Below, piece by piece: positions 31,226 to 41,792 of a DNA stretch of 64,000 bases. Position 1 is the first letter of the stretch; the number at the start of each line of letters is the position of its first letter. Position numbers and translations under genes: made by a program. The notes under the pieces were generated by a model, which was not told where the DNA came from, did no database searches, and saw only the letters and a list, made by a program, of their open reading frames with translations. This DNA comes from Candidatus Poribacteria bacterium (lineage in GTDB: Bacteria; Poribacteria; WGA-4E; PCPOR2b): NCBI GenBank assembly GCA_965218095.1, contig OZ244587.1, forward strand, positions 448,001 to 512,000. Reading direction: 5' to 3'.

Positions 31226-32230
31226 TCAAATCGATACCCGACGCTCTCGATTTGGAATCGGTGGGCAGACAGCAACGCCGCCTTGCAAGTGCGATTCATA
31301 AATACCGAAGCCGATCTCTGTGCTCAGCATTGTTGCATGCAGATTACTGACCCCCGGTTTGCCGGTTTTGATGGACGCTGCCAGTCCACGGATTTTGCGC
31401 TCGGTGCCGCTCCAGGGACCCACCGGTTTGACTTCAATAGAGTCGTAGACGCGCTGGCTTTCATCACTTTTACGGACATAGAGAGACTCGCCATCGTTCT
31501 GAATGCGGATGATACCCCCCTCGCAAACCAGTTCATACTCACGACTCGCCCCCGTCGCCGCTGCGTGCAGGATGGCACCGTTGTCGAATTCGACGAACGC
31601 CGACTGGATGGGCGTGTCCTTGACGAACCGCATATTGGAAGTATCCCCTTCGGCAGGGAAGAGTTCGCCCAATGTTCCGCGAATGGAAATCGGCTCCGGA
31701 TCGCCTAACAGGTATAGCAGCGTGTCGAGGAAGTGCCCGCCGATGCTGCTGCCCTTAAAGCCAAGCACAGATTTGATGGCGCCTAACTTGCCGCTTTGGG
31801 CAATCTCGTGCGCCTGCCGATAGACTACCCAGTTGCGCCGCATGGGACCGAATTCTAAGAAGACACCGTTGCGTTCAAAGGCATCTTTGATGGCGTCGGC
31901 TTCGACGAGCGAACAACAGAGCGGCTTCTCGGCATACATCCCCTTAACACCGTGCTCTGCGCCATAAATCATTGCTTCTGCGTGCTGCTCTGGACGGGTG
32001 GTGATACTAAGGATATCCGGTTGCTCCCTGTCAATCAACTCGCGGAAATTGGTGTAACCTCACGGAACATTCCAGCGTTTCTGAAACGCCGCCAGTTTCT
32101 CCTCTACAACGTCGCATGCAGCAACCATCTCCGTTTCATCAATCACCGCATAGCCACCCACGTGGCAGTATGGCAACACCCCCCCACGGTAGGGGCTTTG
32201 TTTCCTTCTCGCTATCTGTTCATCTTCATT
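31226..32230 (-). pseudogene. Gfo/Idh/MocA oxidoreductase, frameshifted and lacking its N-terminus
   Basis: PDILSITTRPEQH, YAEKP. The upstream part LPYCHVGGYAVIDETEMVAACDVVEEKL..RWNVP is in another frame (shift near 32055). Confidence 0.8.
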
Positions 32231-32475
32231 TAAGGCGTAGAATCATGAGGATGGTTCATTTTCTGTGTTTTATCACTAAACCTTTGAGAATCAGCATCGG
32301 AACTAGGAAATTCACGTCGCAAAAGTGCAGAGCCTGCCCCAATCTATCGAAGAGTTCACGAGTTGATGGGTTTATTGAACCCTTGAACTCAAATCCCCGG
32401 TCGTCTTCTCAATACGCCAACCAGAGCAGATTTTCTCACGGATTTAGTGATAGCACACCATCCCTGACATTCTCA

Positions 32476-32519
32476 ACAAAAAAGCCTGTTACAGATACTT
32501 ACCTGTAACGGGCCTTTTC
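32476..32519 (-). terminator. Intrinsic terminator after the small membrane protein gene
   Basis: Minus strand GGCCCGTTACAG-GTAAGTAT-CTGTAACAGGC-TTTTTT. Confidence 0.7.
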
Positions 32520-32521
32520 TG

Positions 32522-32794
32522 TTAGCTTTTCCGCTTCATTAGCACAACAACAATGATAACGACGAGGATAGCGACAATCCACCAATTATGCCTGACCCAG
32601 CTCCAAAAGATATTGAACGCGATCCAGCTTAAAACCTCAATGGCGAGAATAATCCCTGCTTTATTCCACGGAAATTCCGCGTACCGTTCACGATATTTCG
32701 TGGATAGCCACCATGATAACCCCACCGTACCAAGTACGATAATCAAAAACAGAAAATTAACCAGTGATTGAGCCGCGCCTAAAATCGATTCCAT
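32522..32794 (-). CDS. Small three-TM membrane protein
   Basis: RBS AAGGAG; three hydrophobic helices and a basic C-terminus. Confidence 0.75.
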   Translation of the reverse strand: MESILGAAQSLVNFLFLIIVLGTVGLSWWLSTKYRERYAEFPWNKAGIILAIEVLSWIAFNIFWSWVRHNWWIVAILVVIIVVVLMKRKS

Positions 32795-32814
32795 TCAGAA
32801 TAATCTCCTTTCCC

Positions 32815-32878
32815 ATGCACTACATATCATATGCACTACATATCATATGCACTACATATCATATGCACTACATATCAT
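32815..32878. repeat. Tandem repeat, 4 x 16 bp (atgcactacatatcat)
   Basis: Four perfect adjacent copies immediately upstream of the RBS of 32522-32794. Confidence 0.95.
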
Positions 32879-32925
32879 ATGGATGTGTCTATTTAGCTAT
32901 AACTTTATTGCTATTTTACAGATGT

Positions 32926-33741
32926 TCAACGAATTCGATCCGGACGGCTATAAACGGTCATGTCCTTGCCTCGCATAAACCCAATCAGCGTCATTTCACC
33001 CTCTTGCGCCAATTCGACAGCGAGACTTGATGCGGCCGAAACCGCCACAATCACTGGTATACGGGCGAATAACGCTTTTTGAATAATCTCGAAACTGGCG
33101 CGACCACTCACCATCAAAATGTGTCGATCTAGAGGAAACTGCTCAGTCAGCAATGTTTCTCCAATCACTTTATCTACTGCATTGTGTCTCCCGATATCCT
33201 CACGTATGATTTGCAGTTTACCCCGTGCATCAAATAAGCCAGCGGCGTGGAGTCCACCAGTTGCTTCAAAGACAGATTGGGCGGATCGAAGCTGATCATC
33301 GAGCCGGTGAAAAACAGCTAGATCTATTTGAATCTGCGAGTCAATCGGCGGCACCTCTTGTTTAACGGATTCGATGGTCATTTTGCCGCACAATCCACAA
33401 CTGGCATTGGCGTGGAAGTTCCGCTGCCATCCTTCCTGTTTTTCGATTGCTTGTCCATTCGTGAGGTGAACGTTAATGATATTTTGCAGGTTGGCTTGCT
33501 CAACATCGTCGCAATAGGCAATCGCTCCGATGTCGTCAGATGATGCAATGAGTCCTTCTGTGTAGAGAAATCCTGCGGCGAGATCGAAGTCATGTCCTGG
33601 TGTCCGCATCACAACAACGAGACTCTGCCCACCTACCCGAATTTCGAGCGGCTCTTCAACCACAAGAGAGTCTTCATCCGGCGACAGTTGAAAATTACGC
33701 CAGCGTGTAACCTGTTTCGTGAGAGTTGGTTTTGGCTGCAT
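32926..33741 (-). CDS. fdhD: Formate dehydrogenase accessory sulfurtransferase
   Basis: VEEPLEI, MRTPG.D..LAAGFL, SCGLCG, TGGLHAA, EDIGRHNAVDK, SGRASFE. Confidence 0.96.
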   Translation of the reverse strand: MQPKPTLTKQVTRWRNFQLSPDEDSLVVEEPLEIRVGGQSLVVVMRTPGHDFDLAAGFLYTEGLIASSDDIGAIAYCDDVEQANLQNIINVHLTNGQAIEKQEGWQRNFHANASCGLCGKMTIESVKQEVPPIDSQIQIDLAVFHRLDDQLRSAQSVFEATGGLHAAGLFDARGKLQIIREDIGRHNAVDKVIGETLLTEQFPLDRHILMVSGRASFEIIQKALFARIPVIVAVSAASSLAVELAQEGEMTLIGFMRGKDMTVYSRPDRIR

Positions 33742-34206
33742 AGTGAATTGGGAATCAAAAGGGTGACGTGTCTGAGAACCGACAGAATTTTTGATATTGT
33801 ACCATATTCCCGGTATCTTGTATAGGGAAATTTAGAATCTACGATGCCTTCCCTTTTAGTGAGAAAAACGAAAATCATGTTGAGTATGATGTGTATTGCG
33901 TGAAACACGATATGCGATCAGGGGAATTATAAATTTGTTCCTTGACGAATCTGGGGTTTCTGTGTAATAATTTGAAGCTAATTCTGGGAAGGTTCATTTC
34001 TCCGTGCTATCATTAAATTGTTGAGAAAATCTGTTTTGCCGTAACTTGAAGCTCTGCAGCGTCTCACAACGATGCAAGATTCAAGATGCAATGAACCCTG
34101 TATCTTGTTTTCCTTATGCGCCATTTTCCAGTCACCACACGGCTTCTCAAATATTTAGTGTAGTATACACAGTCGTCAAAAGGCAACCTCTGGGAGTATT
34201 GGGAAA

Positions 34207-34965
34207 ATGAGGACACCAATCATTGCCGGTAATTGGAAACTCAACAAAACCATCGGTGAATCCGTAGATCTCGTCATCGCACTGCGAACTCTGATAGTTG
34301 ATGTCACCAATGTTGAAATTATTGTTGCTCCGGTTTTCACAGCACTCTCTGCAGTTGCACAGGTGCTGGAAGGCAGCAATATTTGTCTTGCCGCACAGGA
34401 TGTGTTCTGGGAAGAGAGTGGCGCATTCACAGGCGAAGTGTCGCCGACGATGCTCAAGGATGCTGGATGTGATTACGTGATCATCGGTCACTCGGAACGC
34501 CGGCAATATTTCGGTGAAACAAACGAGAGCGTTAACCGCAAAGTGAAGGCAGCACACGCGCACGGCTTGACGCCGATTATCTGCGTTGGTGAACAGCTTG
34601 CAGACCGGGAGGCTGGCAGAACCGAATCGGTAGTCGAGTACCACGTCATTAACGGGCTCGCGGAGTTATCTGCCGATCAGATCTTGTCCACCGTCATCGC
34701 TTATGAACCTGTCTGGGCGATCGGTACTGGCAAAACTGCGACCCCAAATCAAGCGCAAGAAGTCCATGCGTTCATCAGATCGCTGTTATCAAAAATTTGT
34801 ACGGCTGATGTCGCATCACAGGTTCGGATTCAGTATGGCGGGAGCGTCAAGCCGGACAACGCTGACGAGTTGATGGCGCAGCCGGATGTAGATGGCGCGT
34901 TGGTCGGTGGGGCAAGCCTGGAATCGGAATTGTTTGCACAAATTGTGAAGGCTGTGGAAAGATAG
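34207..34965 (+). CDS. tpiA: Triosephosphate isomerase
   Basis: AGNWK, GAFTGE, IIGHSERR, AYEPVWAIGTG, YGGSVK, LVGGASL. Confidence 0.98.
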   Translation: MRTPIIAGNWKLNKTIGESVDLVIALRTLIVDVTNVEIIVAPVFTALSAVAQVLEGSNICLAAQDVFWEESGAFTGEVSPTMLKDAGCDYVIIGHSERRQYFGETNESVNRKVKAAHAHGLTPIICVGEQLADREAGRTESVVEYHVINGLAELSADQILSTVIAYEPVWAIGTGKTATPNQAQEVHAFIRSLLSKICTADVASQVRIQYGGSVKPDNADELMAQPDVDGALVGGASLESELFAQIVKAVER

Positions 34966-35162
34966 CTAGTTGAAGAAAGGGGTTGCGCCCCAATCGAAGA
35001 TCAGGGTTGGAAACGAGAGATTTTAGCAATCGTAACTTTGAGTACGAAAGTCGTGGTCTGGCGGTCCGAATGTGCTCGGGGTCGCTTTTCAGGATCCAAT
35101 CAAGAATCGAGAACACTCGAAAAAATAGCACACCCTATCAACAAGTAAAGTGAGGAACTATC

Positions 35163-35552
35163 ATGGAAATTATCGTTGGCTTTATTCTTGTGCTGTTTCT
35201 GCCCACCTGCTTTTTATTGCCGATTATTATCTTGTTACAAGATAGCAAAGGTGAAGGGCTTTCGACAGGCGCATTTGGTGGAGCGGGCAGCAGCATGCAA
35301 TCAATTTTGGGCGGGCAAGGCGCCGCAACCTTCCTTTCCAAGTTCACAACATGGCTTGCTATCGGATTCATGGTAATGGCGCTCTTCCTGATGCGCTTCT
35401 ACGGTGAGAAAGACGATCAACAACTATCACTACCTCCACAGGAAGCAGCACAATCAGCAGGAGTAATTACTCCTGTTGATGAAACGGAGGAATCAACAGC
35501 CGATTCGGAAGTGGGCGAGGCATCTGACGCTAGTGATACCGAAGCAAACTAG
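35163..35552 (+). CDS. secG: Preprotein translocase subunit SecG with an acidic tail
   Basis: ILLQDSKGEGLSTGAFGG..FLSKFT; conserved tpiA-secG gene order. Confidence 0.92.
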   Translation: MEIIVGFILVLFLPTCFLLPIIILLQDSKGEGLSTGAFGGAGSSMQSILGGQGAATFLSKFTTWLAIGFMVMALFLMRFYGEKDDQQLSLPPQEAAQSAGVITPVDETEESTADSEVGEASDASDTEAN

Positions 35553-35703
35553 TCAACATCTGATAGTTCAGAAGACGCTGGGAAGTGAAAACGTGAGGAG
35601 TGATGAGTGAAGCCAAAGCCTGATGTGCATCTTCACTTATCACTTGTCATTGGTCACTTCAGCCGCAAAATGAATAATCTCGATCCGTGCCGCAAATCCA
35701 CCA

Positions 35704-36126
35704 ATGTCCGATCAGCCTATCCCTCAACAGGCGTGGGTTGTGCACCCGTTGCGTGAAAACTGGATGCGCTCAACCCTGCTCTTACTCTTTCTTACCCTCT
35801 TTTTCTCAGGCGTTTACTGGCTTTTCCAGTCCGTTGCCGTTACCTTCCTTTCAGCGATCTTTTTAATCGCGTCCTTATACCGCTATTTCGTGCCTTTTCG
35901 ATACGAATTCTACGAGCATCAGCTTGTCGTCACGGCGCCATTTTATCGACAAACAAAGCCCTGGTCCGCCTTTCGCAGCTTTTACGTTGATAGCAACGGT
36001 GTGCTCTTGAGCCCATTCGCGAAACCCTCTCGGCTTGAGAACTTTCGGGGCATCTATGTGCGTTTTGGCGCAAATCAATCCGAAGTAGTTGATTTTATCA
36101 AAGAAGTCATATTGAGTAAAATATAA
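35704..36126 (+). CDS. Hypothetical membrane protein (two TM helices plus a PH-like domain)
   Basis: WVVHPL, two TM helices, LLSPF.KPSRLENFRGIY. Confidence 0.75.
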   Translation: MSDQPIPQQAWVVHPLRENWMRSTLLLLFLTLFFSGVYWLFQSVAVTFLSAIFLIASLYRYFVPFRYEFYEHQLVVTAPFYRQTKPWSAFRSFYVDSNGVLLSPFAKPSRLENFRGIYVRFGANQSEVVDFIKEVILSKI

Positions 36127-36408
36127 AGATGTGGTAAAATAGAGGAAGGGAGATAATTTATGTCCCCAAATTTTCGCTTCGGATACCCATTCACTTTATG
36201 AAAGCATTGAAACGGTTTCGGATGCGAAAAACTGTGAGGAACTGTACTACCTCGTTCCTGATTGTGCGGAGCTGGCCCATAAGGGGCCTGACTGAAAATG
36301 TGATGCAGATGGCGGTCATCCATCTTGGAACCGGGCAATCCGCTGGCATTGGCTCATGTTAAGACTCCGTGTAAAGGCAAAATTCACACCAATGATTTCG
36401 CGGCTTCT

Positions 36409-36572
36409 CTAGGTTCTGTTGACATTTGACAAATTGAACCAATCTCCGTTCCGAGAGTCTTCGACCTGATGCACTTGAGGCGATTTCGGACAACCGCCTC
36501 GGTTTTTGGCGGATCGCCCGATGATTACAGCATTTCTCGAATTGGCGACAGCAAAATGTCAACACACCCTAG
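36409..36572. mobile_element. IS5-related MITE, copy 1
   Basis: Ends ctagGTTCTGTTGACATTT ... AAATGTCAACACACCctag; internal sequence highly similar to copies at 41169 and 41537. Confidence 0.9.
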
Positions 36573-36661
36573 ACATTTACCATGTAATCATCTCTTTGGA
36601 AAGATGGAAGATTCGGTGCAAATAACGCAATTGCGTTCCTTGTGCTGTTCTTCGGATTTTA

Positions 36662-37487
36662 CTAGGTTCTGTTGACATTTCAAGGGAGCCATATAAGAGT
36701 GGAGACAAAGCTGAGAAATCCCAAATAACGGACAGCTAGCTTCTCAAACCGAGAGAAGATACGACGATACCATTTTATCTTGTTGATGAAACATTCAACC
36801 TGATGTCTCTCTTTGTATAAGCGTTTGTCATACGTTCTTTGGTCAACACGATGACTTTTTGGCGGTATCACCGCAATCGCTCCATTCGCCTCAATAACCG
36901 CGATAAAAGCGTCCGAATCGTACCCCTTGTCTCCAATCACATATTCACTGTTATATCCGATTATCAACCCTTCCGCCTCAGCTATGTCATGTCTCTGACC
37001 GGGGGTCAGATGAATTCTTAGCGGATTGCCTAGTCCGTCAACTGTGATGTGATTTTTTGTACTGAAACCGCCCCGAGACCGACCTAATGCTTGGTTTTCA
37101 GTTCCCCCCTTTTTTTTAAGGCGCCCGCCGCAGACGGGTGAGCGCGGCAGATGGTACTGTCCACAATAAGCGACTCGATATCGGGGTCAGAGGCGAAGTG
37201 GGGGTGCATCTGTGTGAAGATACCTTTGTCGCACCATCGAGCAAAACGCTTGTAGCGGGTGTTCCATTTGCCATAGGTGTCTGGTAGAAGTCTCCATTGA
37301 GCGCCGCTACGAGTCACCCACAGGACGGCTTCGACGAAGCGGCGTGTAGCAGCTTCGTCGCCAACATAGATGGTGGGACAGCTTAGAAGAAACTGGTATA
37401 TCTTATTCCATTGTTCATCAGGTAAGGTTATTGGCGTCATTCTTCTATTATGCCACAACCTTATACTCAAATATCAACAGAACCTAA
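36662..37487 (-). mobile_element. IS5-family insertion sequence (two-ORF, frameshift type), apparently intact
   Basis: TIRs TAGGTTCTGTTGACATTT / AAATATCAACAGAACCTA. OrfA (RSGAQWRLLP..W..YKRFARW, DSTICRAH) and OrfB (GRSRGGFSTK..VDGLGNP..GDKGYD..YKERHQVECFINKIK) joined by an A8G6 slippery run near 37104-37117. Confidence 0.93.
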
Positions 37488-37685
37488 TTGCTGCATTATA
37501 GTGGGCAAAGCGGTCTGGGTCATCATTGGGCGGTAGGCTAAAAAATGCCCCAATCAGCGTCGATAGACGCCGTGGGAGATTGCCGCAACCCGTTCATCGG
37601 ATTCGGCGTGGATTGCTTGAAGATGAGTAATGAAGTTTCCAGCGTCAGTGAAGACGGTTATTGTCCCAAAAATTCTGCACGCCGC

Positions 37686-38441
37686 TTATTTAGATATATG
37701 GAGTTGATTGATCAATGACGCACTGTATCCGCCTCCGAATCCATTGTCAATATTGACAACGGTTACGCCTGAAGCGCAACTATTCAGCATGCTCAACAAT
37801 GCTGCGACGCCACCAAAACTGGCGCCATAACCCACGCTCGTGGGCACGGCGATGACGGGCTTATCGATCAACCCACCGACAACGCTCGCAAGTGCACCTT
37901 CCATTCCTGCCACAACGACGAGCACACGGGCTTGGATCAGCTTCTCGTGATTGTTGAGCAGGCGATGCAACCCAGCAACGCCGACATCGTACAATCGCTC
38001 CACACGGTTGCCCATAATCTGTGCGGTTTCCACTGCTTCTTCAGCGACAGGAATATCAGAGGTGCCAGCGGATACGACCAGGATGCCATCGTGCAGATCG
38101 CCGGCAGATCGCCCGATCGTGATTGTGCGTCCGAGTTGATTGAAATGGGCCGATGGATCGAGGGCAACTAACGCTTCGTAAATTTCCGGGGTCGCACGGG
38201 TGGCGAGCAGGAGATGATTGGCAGTGAGAATCCGTTCGCTTATTTCTTTCACCTGATTAACGGTTTTTCCTTCGCAAAAAATGACCTCCGGGAAACCTTG
38301 TCGTAGTTGCCGATGGTGGTCCACTTTGGAAAACCCAAGATCTTCAAACGGTAAGTGACGTAAAGATTGAATTGCCTTTTCAACTTCAACTTCGCCGTGC
38401 TTAACCTGTTCAAAGAGCACACGTAATCTGTCGAGATTCAT
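37686..38441 (-). CDS. larB: Nickel-pincer cofactor biosynthesis protein LarB (AIR-carboxylase-like)
   Basis: [68 protein letters not shown]. Confidence 0.93.
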   Translation of the reverse strand: MNLDRLRVLFEQVKHGEVEVEKAIQSLRHLPFEDLGFSKVDHHRQLRQGFPEVIFCEGKTVNQVKEISERILTANHLLLATRATPEIYEALVALDPSAHFNQLGRTITIGRSAGDLHDGILVVSAGTSDIPVAEEAVETAQIMGNRVERLYDVGVAGLHRLLNNHEKLIQARVLVVVAGMEGALASVVGGLIDKPVIAVPTSVGYGASFGGVAALLSMLNSCASGVTVVNIDNGFGGGYSASLINQLHISK

Positions 38442-38462
38442 TTAATTTTTGGCTCCAGATAA

Positions 38463-38500
38463 AGAAACCACAGGCATCCGATGCTTCCACCTGTGGTTTC
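38463..38500 (-). terminator. Stem-loop between the ytxH-like gene and larB
   Basis: gaaaccacagg..cctgtggtttc inverted repeat followed by U-rich sequence on the minus strand. Confidence 0.5.
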
Positions 38501-38530
38501 GGTTTCTAAAGAATATGCAATGTGTGAATC

Positions 38531-38911
38531 TTAACTAACCGATTCCCCTTCGTCGGCTTCGACCTCTGCCTCTTCGCTATCATTCGAGATGATAGTGGCA
38601 AGGTCTGCCTTCTTCTCGACGAAAGCAGCTTTTCCAGCCTCAACTGCCGCTTTCATACCCTCCGCTGCTTCGTCAATGCGCGTTCTCCCCTGATCGACCA
38701 GGGCAGTTACCCTTTCCTTTGTCACTTCTCTTGCTCTATGGGCAGTTCCAACGGTTCGTGCTTTCGCATCCATGGAAGCATCGCGGATTTTTTCTCGTGT
38801 CTCTCTGCCGGGCATTGGCGCGAAGAGTAAACTGAGAATTGCACCGACTATCCCGCCCAGAAAGAAAGCAAACACAACGGCAAGCCCATTGCCTTGTTTT
38901 TCGTTATCCAT
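38531..38911 (-). CDS. YtxH-domain protein
   Basis: FFLGGIVGAILSLLFAPMPGRETREKI. Confidence 0.9.
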   Translation of the reverse strand: MDNEKQGNGLAVVFAFFLGGIVGAILSLLFAPMPGRETREKIRDASMDAKARTVGTAHRAREVTKERVTALVDQGRTRIDEAAEGMKAAVEAGKAAFVEKKADLATIISNDSEEAEVEADEGESVS

Positions 38912-39189
38912 TTGAATGACCTCCTTCGCTGTTATGATTGATTATTTTTCCAAAATTTCGCTAATCCGCTCTATCCCCTGATTAACGAAATCACCGACCG
39001 CTTCTTTCGCTTTGTGAGTCGCTTCAACCGTTCGTTCTTTGGCATCAATAGAGGCTCTGCGAATCTGCTGTCTCGTTTTCCTGCCTAGCTGTGGCGCCAG
39101 CAGTAAACTGAGGGTCGCACCGACCAGGGGCTGCCTATGGACAAACCGACCACAAACCAGAGCGCGCTATTTCCTCTTTCGTTATCCAT
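38904..39189 (-). pseudogene. Second tandem YtxH-domain gene with a 1-nt frameshift
   Basis: RBS AAAGGAG; MDNERGNSALWFVVGLSIG / LVGATLSLLLAPQLGRKTRQQIRRASIDAKERTV; shift in the G4 run near 39127-39130. Confidence 0.75.
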
Positions 39190-39258
39190 TTCGATTACTC
39201 CTTTCGCCAACAGGGTATAGTTTGCTTGCACTCGTTCTTAACATGAGCCAATAGCGAT

Positions 39259-39828
39259 TTACTCGCTTTGTTCCTGTTGGGTTGTATCTTCCGAATCTGA
39301 TGTGCGTGACTTCCGAAACTGATGGAATACCTCCCAGCCCGCTTTAATCCCGCTCCATCCACTGATAATGTCTGTGACAGGGACGGAAAGTTGATCGCGA
39401 TAGTATTTCGCACGCTTAACTGTTGTTTGCGAAAAATCCGTTAAGACGTTGATCAATTCGTCAATTTTCGCAACGTTTCGGTTTATCGTTTCCGTCATTT
39501 CCTGGATGCTATGCGTCGTCGGTTGGATCTCGGATTCGCTAATCTGCTGGATGGAAGCCGTGATACCATTAACATTCTCAAGCAACTGTGGAAGTTCGCG
39601 GTTCAATTCCGTAACCGTTTGATCCAAAGATTCGAGTAAGGTGCTGACCTCTTTATGTACACCTACCAGGTTTTCGGTAGATTTGAGTAAGTTGCTGACC
39701 TCTTTGTCTACCAGATTCTCTATGGACTTCAAAGCTCTTCCAATACTATACGCCAGCGACACAAACAACCAAGCTAGTACTAATAGCGCCAAAGCTAAAG
39801 GAATTTGCCATAAAAGCGAAGTATCCAT
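39259..39828 (-). CDS. DUF948/YoxC-like TM plus coiled-coil protein
   Basis: N-terminal TM helix and long amphipathic heptads; adjacent to ytxH-like genes. Confidence 0.75.
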   Translation of the reverse strand: MDTSLLWQIPLALALLVLAWLFVSLAYSIGRALKSIENLVDKEVSNLLKSTENLVGVHKEVSTLLESLDQTVTELNRELPQLLENVNGITASIQQISESEIQPTTHSIQEMTETINRNVAKIDELINVLTDFSQTTVKRAKYYRDQLSVPVTDIISGWSGIKAGWEVFHQFRKSRTSDSEDTTQQEQSE

Positions 39829-39958
39829 ATTTCATTCCTTGCTACGAAGGGTTAGTTTGTAAAACGTAATAAGAAGAGTCGTAAAACGTGAAGCGTCAGA
39901 AGACGCCTTACGTTTTACGAACTCTCTGTAACACCATTAGTTTTCACGCTTCTTCCAT

Positions 39959-41143
39959 TTAGAAGACGCGGTAGTTGAGTACAACGGTAAAATCGCTGAT
40001 GATGTCTTCTTCAGGCACCTTTGTGATTTGTTCCGTTACCACTAGGTTGAGATTATTCTCAATGTAGTAGATGAACGAAGCTCCCAATGAATGACTGGTC
40101 TTTGTATCCTCTGCTTCGAGTTTTTCCAACCGAAGCAGATGTCGAAAGCGAACGTCAATACGGTTGGACAACTCGTAAGAAATATCGGTTGATAACGACG
40201 ACGAGAATGCTGTCCCGAAGTTATCAAAAGGTGTGTTCATTGAGATGCGCTCACTGACCTGCCACTGCCAAGCTATTGGACGGGCATAACTCGCACTCAC
40301 ATCTAAATTCGCAGGTGAACGGTCCTGGTCTGTATATGGTAGGGTAATATCGAACTTGGAGCCAAGGGTCACGTCCCAGCCATAAAACCGATCTGCGATA
40401 TCCTCACGTTCAAGAACCTCCTCAATGCGAAGGATTCCGATTGCACCGAGCCCACCTTCTTTGAGAAGATTTGACTCACGCATAATCGTTTCCATGTCTT
40501 TATACCATTCCTTTTCGTAGGTCTCGCCATATCTGTCTCTATATTCCCCTTCGCGATTGATAATCTTGCTAATTTCAAGAAGGGCTTCCTTGGGCAAATG
40601 ATCGCTAAGTTCTCCCTCCTTAATGAGAAACTCTTCAATTCGAACGGCTTTTGCCAGATCTGTTGCTTCAATAAACCGTCCATATCCCACACCGACAGTG
40701 AGAGCGGAAGCGGGTTGATCGTACTCCTTGAACATGTTTGAACTGGCACGGACGGAACCGAAGAGATCTTTAAGTGCCGCACTATTTTGCATAAGATACT
40801 TTTTGACCCCTGCATCTCCGTTCACTTGATAATTCGTGTTGTACTCGTCGGTCTCTATGTTTTTATCCACTAAACCAGAGCCAATAATGTCAATGGAATA
40901 ACCAAATGGCAAGGAATCATAAAACCTTTTGTAAACACCGCCGATGTTTCCTTTGCTGGTTGTCGCATCCGATCCTGCCGTCGCGTGGTTCATGGAAAAA
41001 TCAATGAGGAGGCGGTCCGCAGCACTGACTGGAACCTGATAATCGGTAACAGATACGTTTTGTGCAGACACATTGCTCGAGATAAACTCTCCAAACAACA
41101 CGAGTGTTGCCCCTAGAAGTGCATACACACATTTCTTCAACAT
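39959..41143 (-). CDS. Exported protein, probable outer-membrane beta-barrel
   Basis: RBS AAAGGAG, MLKKCVYALLG signal peptide (VSA|Q), alternating beta-strand pattern, C-terminal NYRVF. The longer ORF start lies inside a MITE. Confidence 0.78.
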   Translation of the reverse strand: MLKKCVYALLGATLVLFGEFISSNVSAQNVSVTDYQVPVSAADRLLIDFSMNHATAGSDATTSKGNIGGVYKRFYDSLPFGYSIDIIGSGLVDKNIETDEYNTNYQVNGDAGVKKYLMQNSAALKDLFGSVRASSNMFKEYDQPASALTVGVGYGRFIEATDLAKAVRIEEFLIKEGELSDHLPKEALLEISKIINREGEYRDRYGETYEKEWYKDMETIMRESNLLKEGGLGAIGILRIEEVLEREDIADRFYGWDVTLGSKFDITLPYTDQDRSPANLDVSASYARPIAWQWQVSERISMNTPFDNFGTAFSSSLSTDISYELSNRIDVRFRHLLRLEKLEAEDTKTSHSLGASFIYYIENNLNLVVTEQITKVPEEDIISDFTVVLNYRVF

Positions 41144-41168
41144 AGCAAATCTCCTTTTTCTAAGTGTT

Positions 41169-41333
41169 CTAGGTTCTGTTGACATTTGACGGATTGAACC
41201 AATCTCCGTTCCGAGAGTCTTCGACCTGATGCACCTTGAGGCGATTTCGGATAACCGCCTGGGTTTTTGGCGGGTTGCATGATGATTACAGCGTTTGCCG
41301 AATTCGCGATGGCGAAATGTCAACAGAACCTAG
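41169..41333. mobile_element. IS5-related MITE, copy 2
   Basis: Perfect TIRs ctagGTTCTGTTGACATTT / AAATGTCAACAGAACctag. Confidence 0.93.
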
Positions 41334-41536
41334 TAGTCAAATTTGAGTTTTACAAACCCGTGAAATTACCCTAAAAATAATCGTATATATAGGCCACATT
41401 TGTCAAGGAAAAACTAAACTCTAAGCCACCATCTGCTTATTACGTTAGTTTTTGTCAGAAAACATGGTTTCGAGACATCGGGGAAGATTCGATACAAAAA
41501 GCCGGTTTCTCTAACGGTAGGGCAAAACCTCAGTTA

Positions 41537-41701
41537 TTAGGTTCTGTTGACATTTGATGGATTGAACCAATCTCCGTTCCGAGAGTCTTCGACCTGATGC
41601 ACCTTGAGGCGATTTCGGATAACCGCCTGGGTTTTTGGCGGGTAGCGCGATGATTACAGCGTTTCCCGAATTCGCGATGGCGAAATGTCAACAGAACCTA
41701 A
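41537..41701. mobile_element. IS5-related MITE, copy 3
   Basis: ttagGTTCTGTTGACATTT / AAATGTCAACAGAACctaa; differs from copy 2 by only a few substitutions. Confidence 0.93.
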
Positions 41702-41792
41702 CACTTTTGCACCTTCTTTTGACATAAGCCCAGGGATTAAATCCTCACCAACGGTGAAGTTTAATCCTGCAAAGGTAATGCATGCGCTGTCT

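Noticed and set aside
10576-32881. CRISPR array at the 13-bp or 16-bp repeats
   Set aside because: The units are directly adjacent with no spacers, are too short, and no cas genes are present.
41144-41323. 60-aa N-terminal extension of the 454-aa ORF, and ORFs 36359-36565 and 36469-36675
   Set aside because: These are translations of the MITE sequence; the RBS and signal peptide point to a start at 41143.
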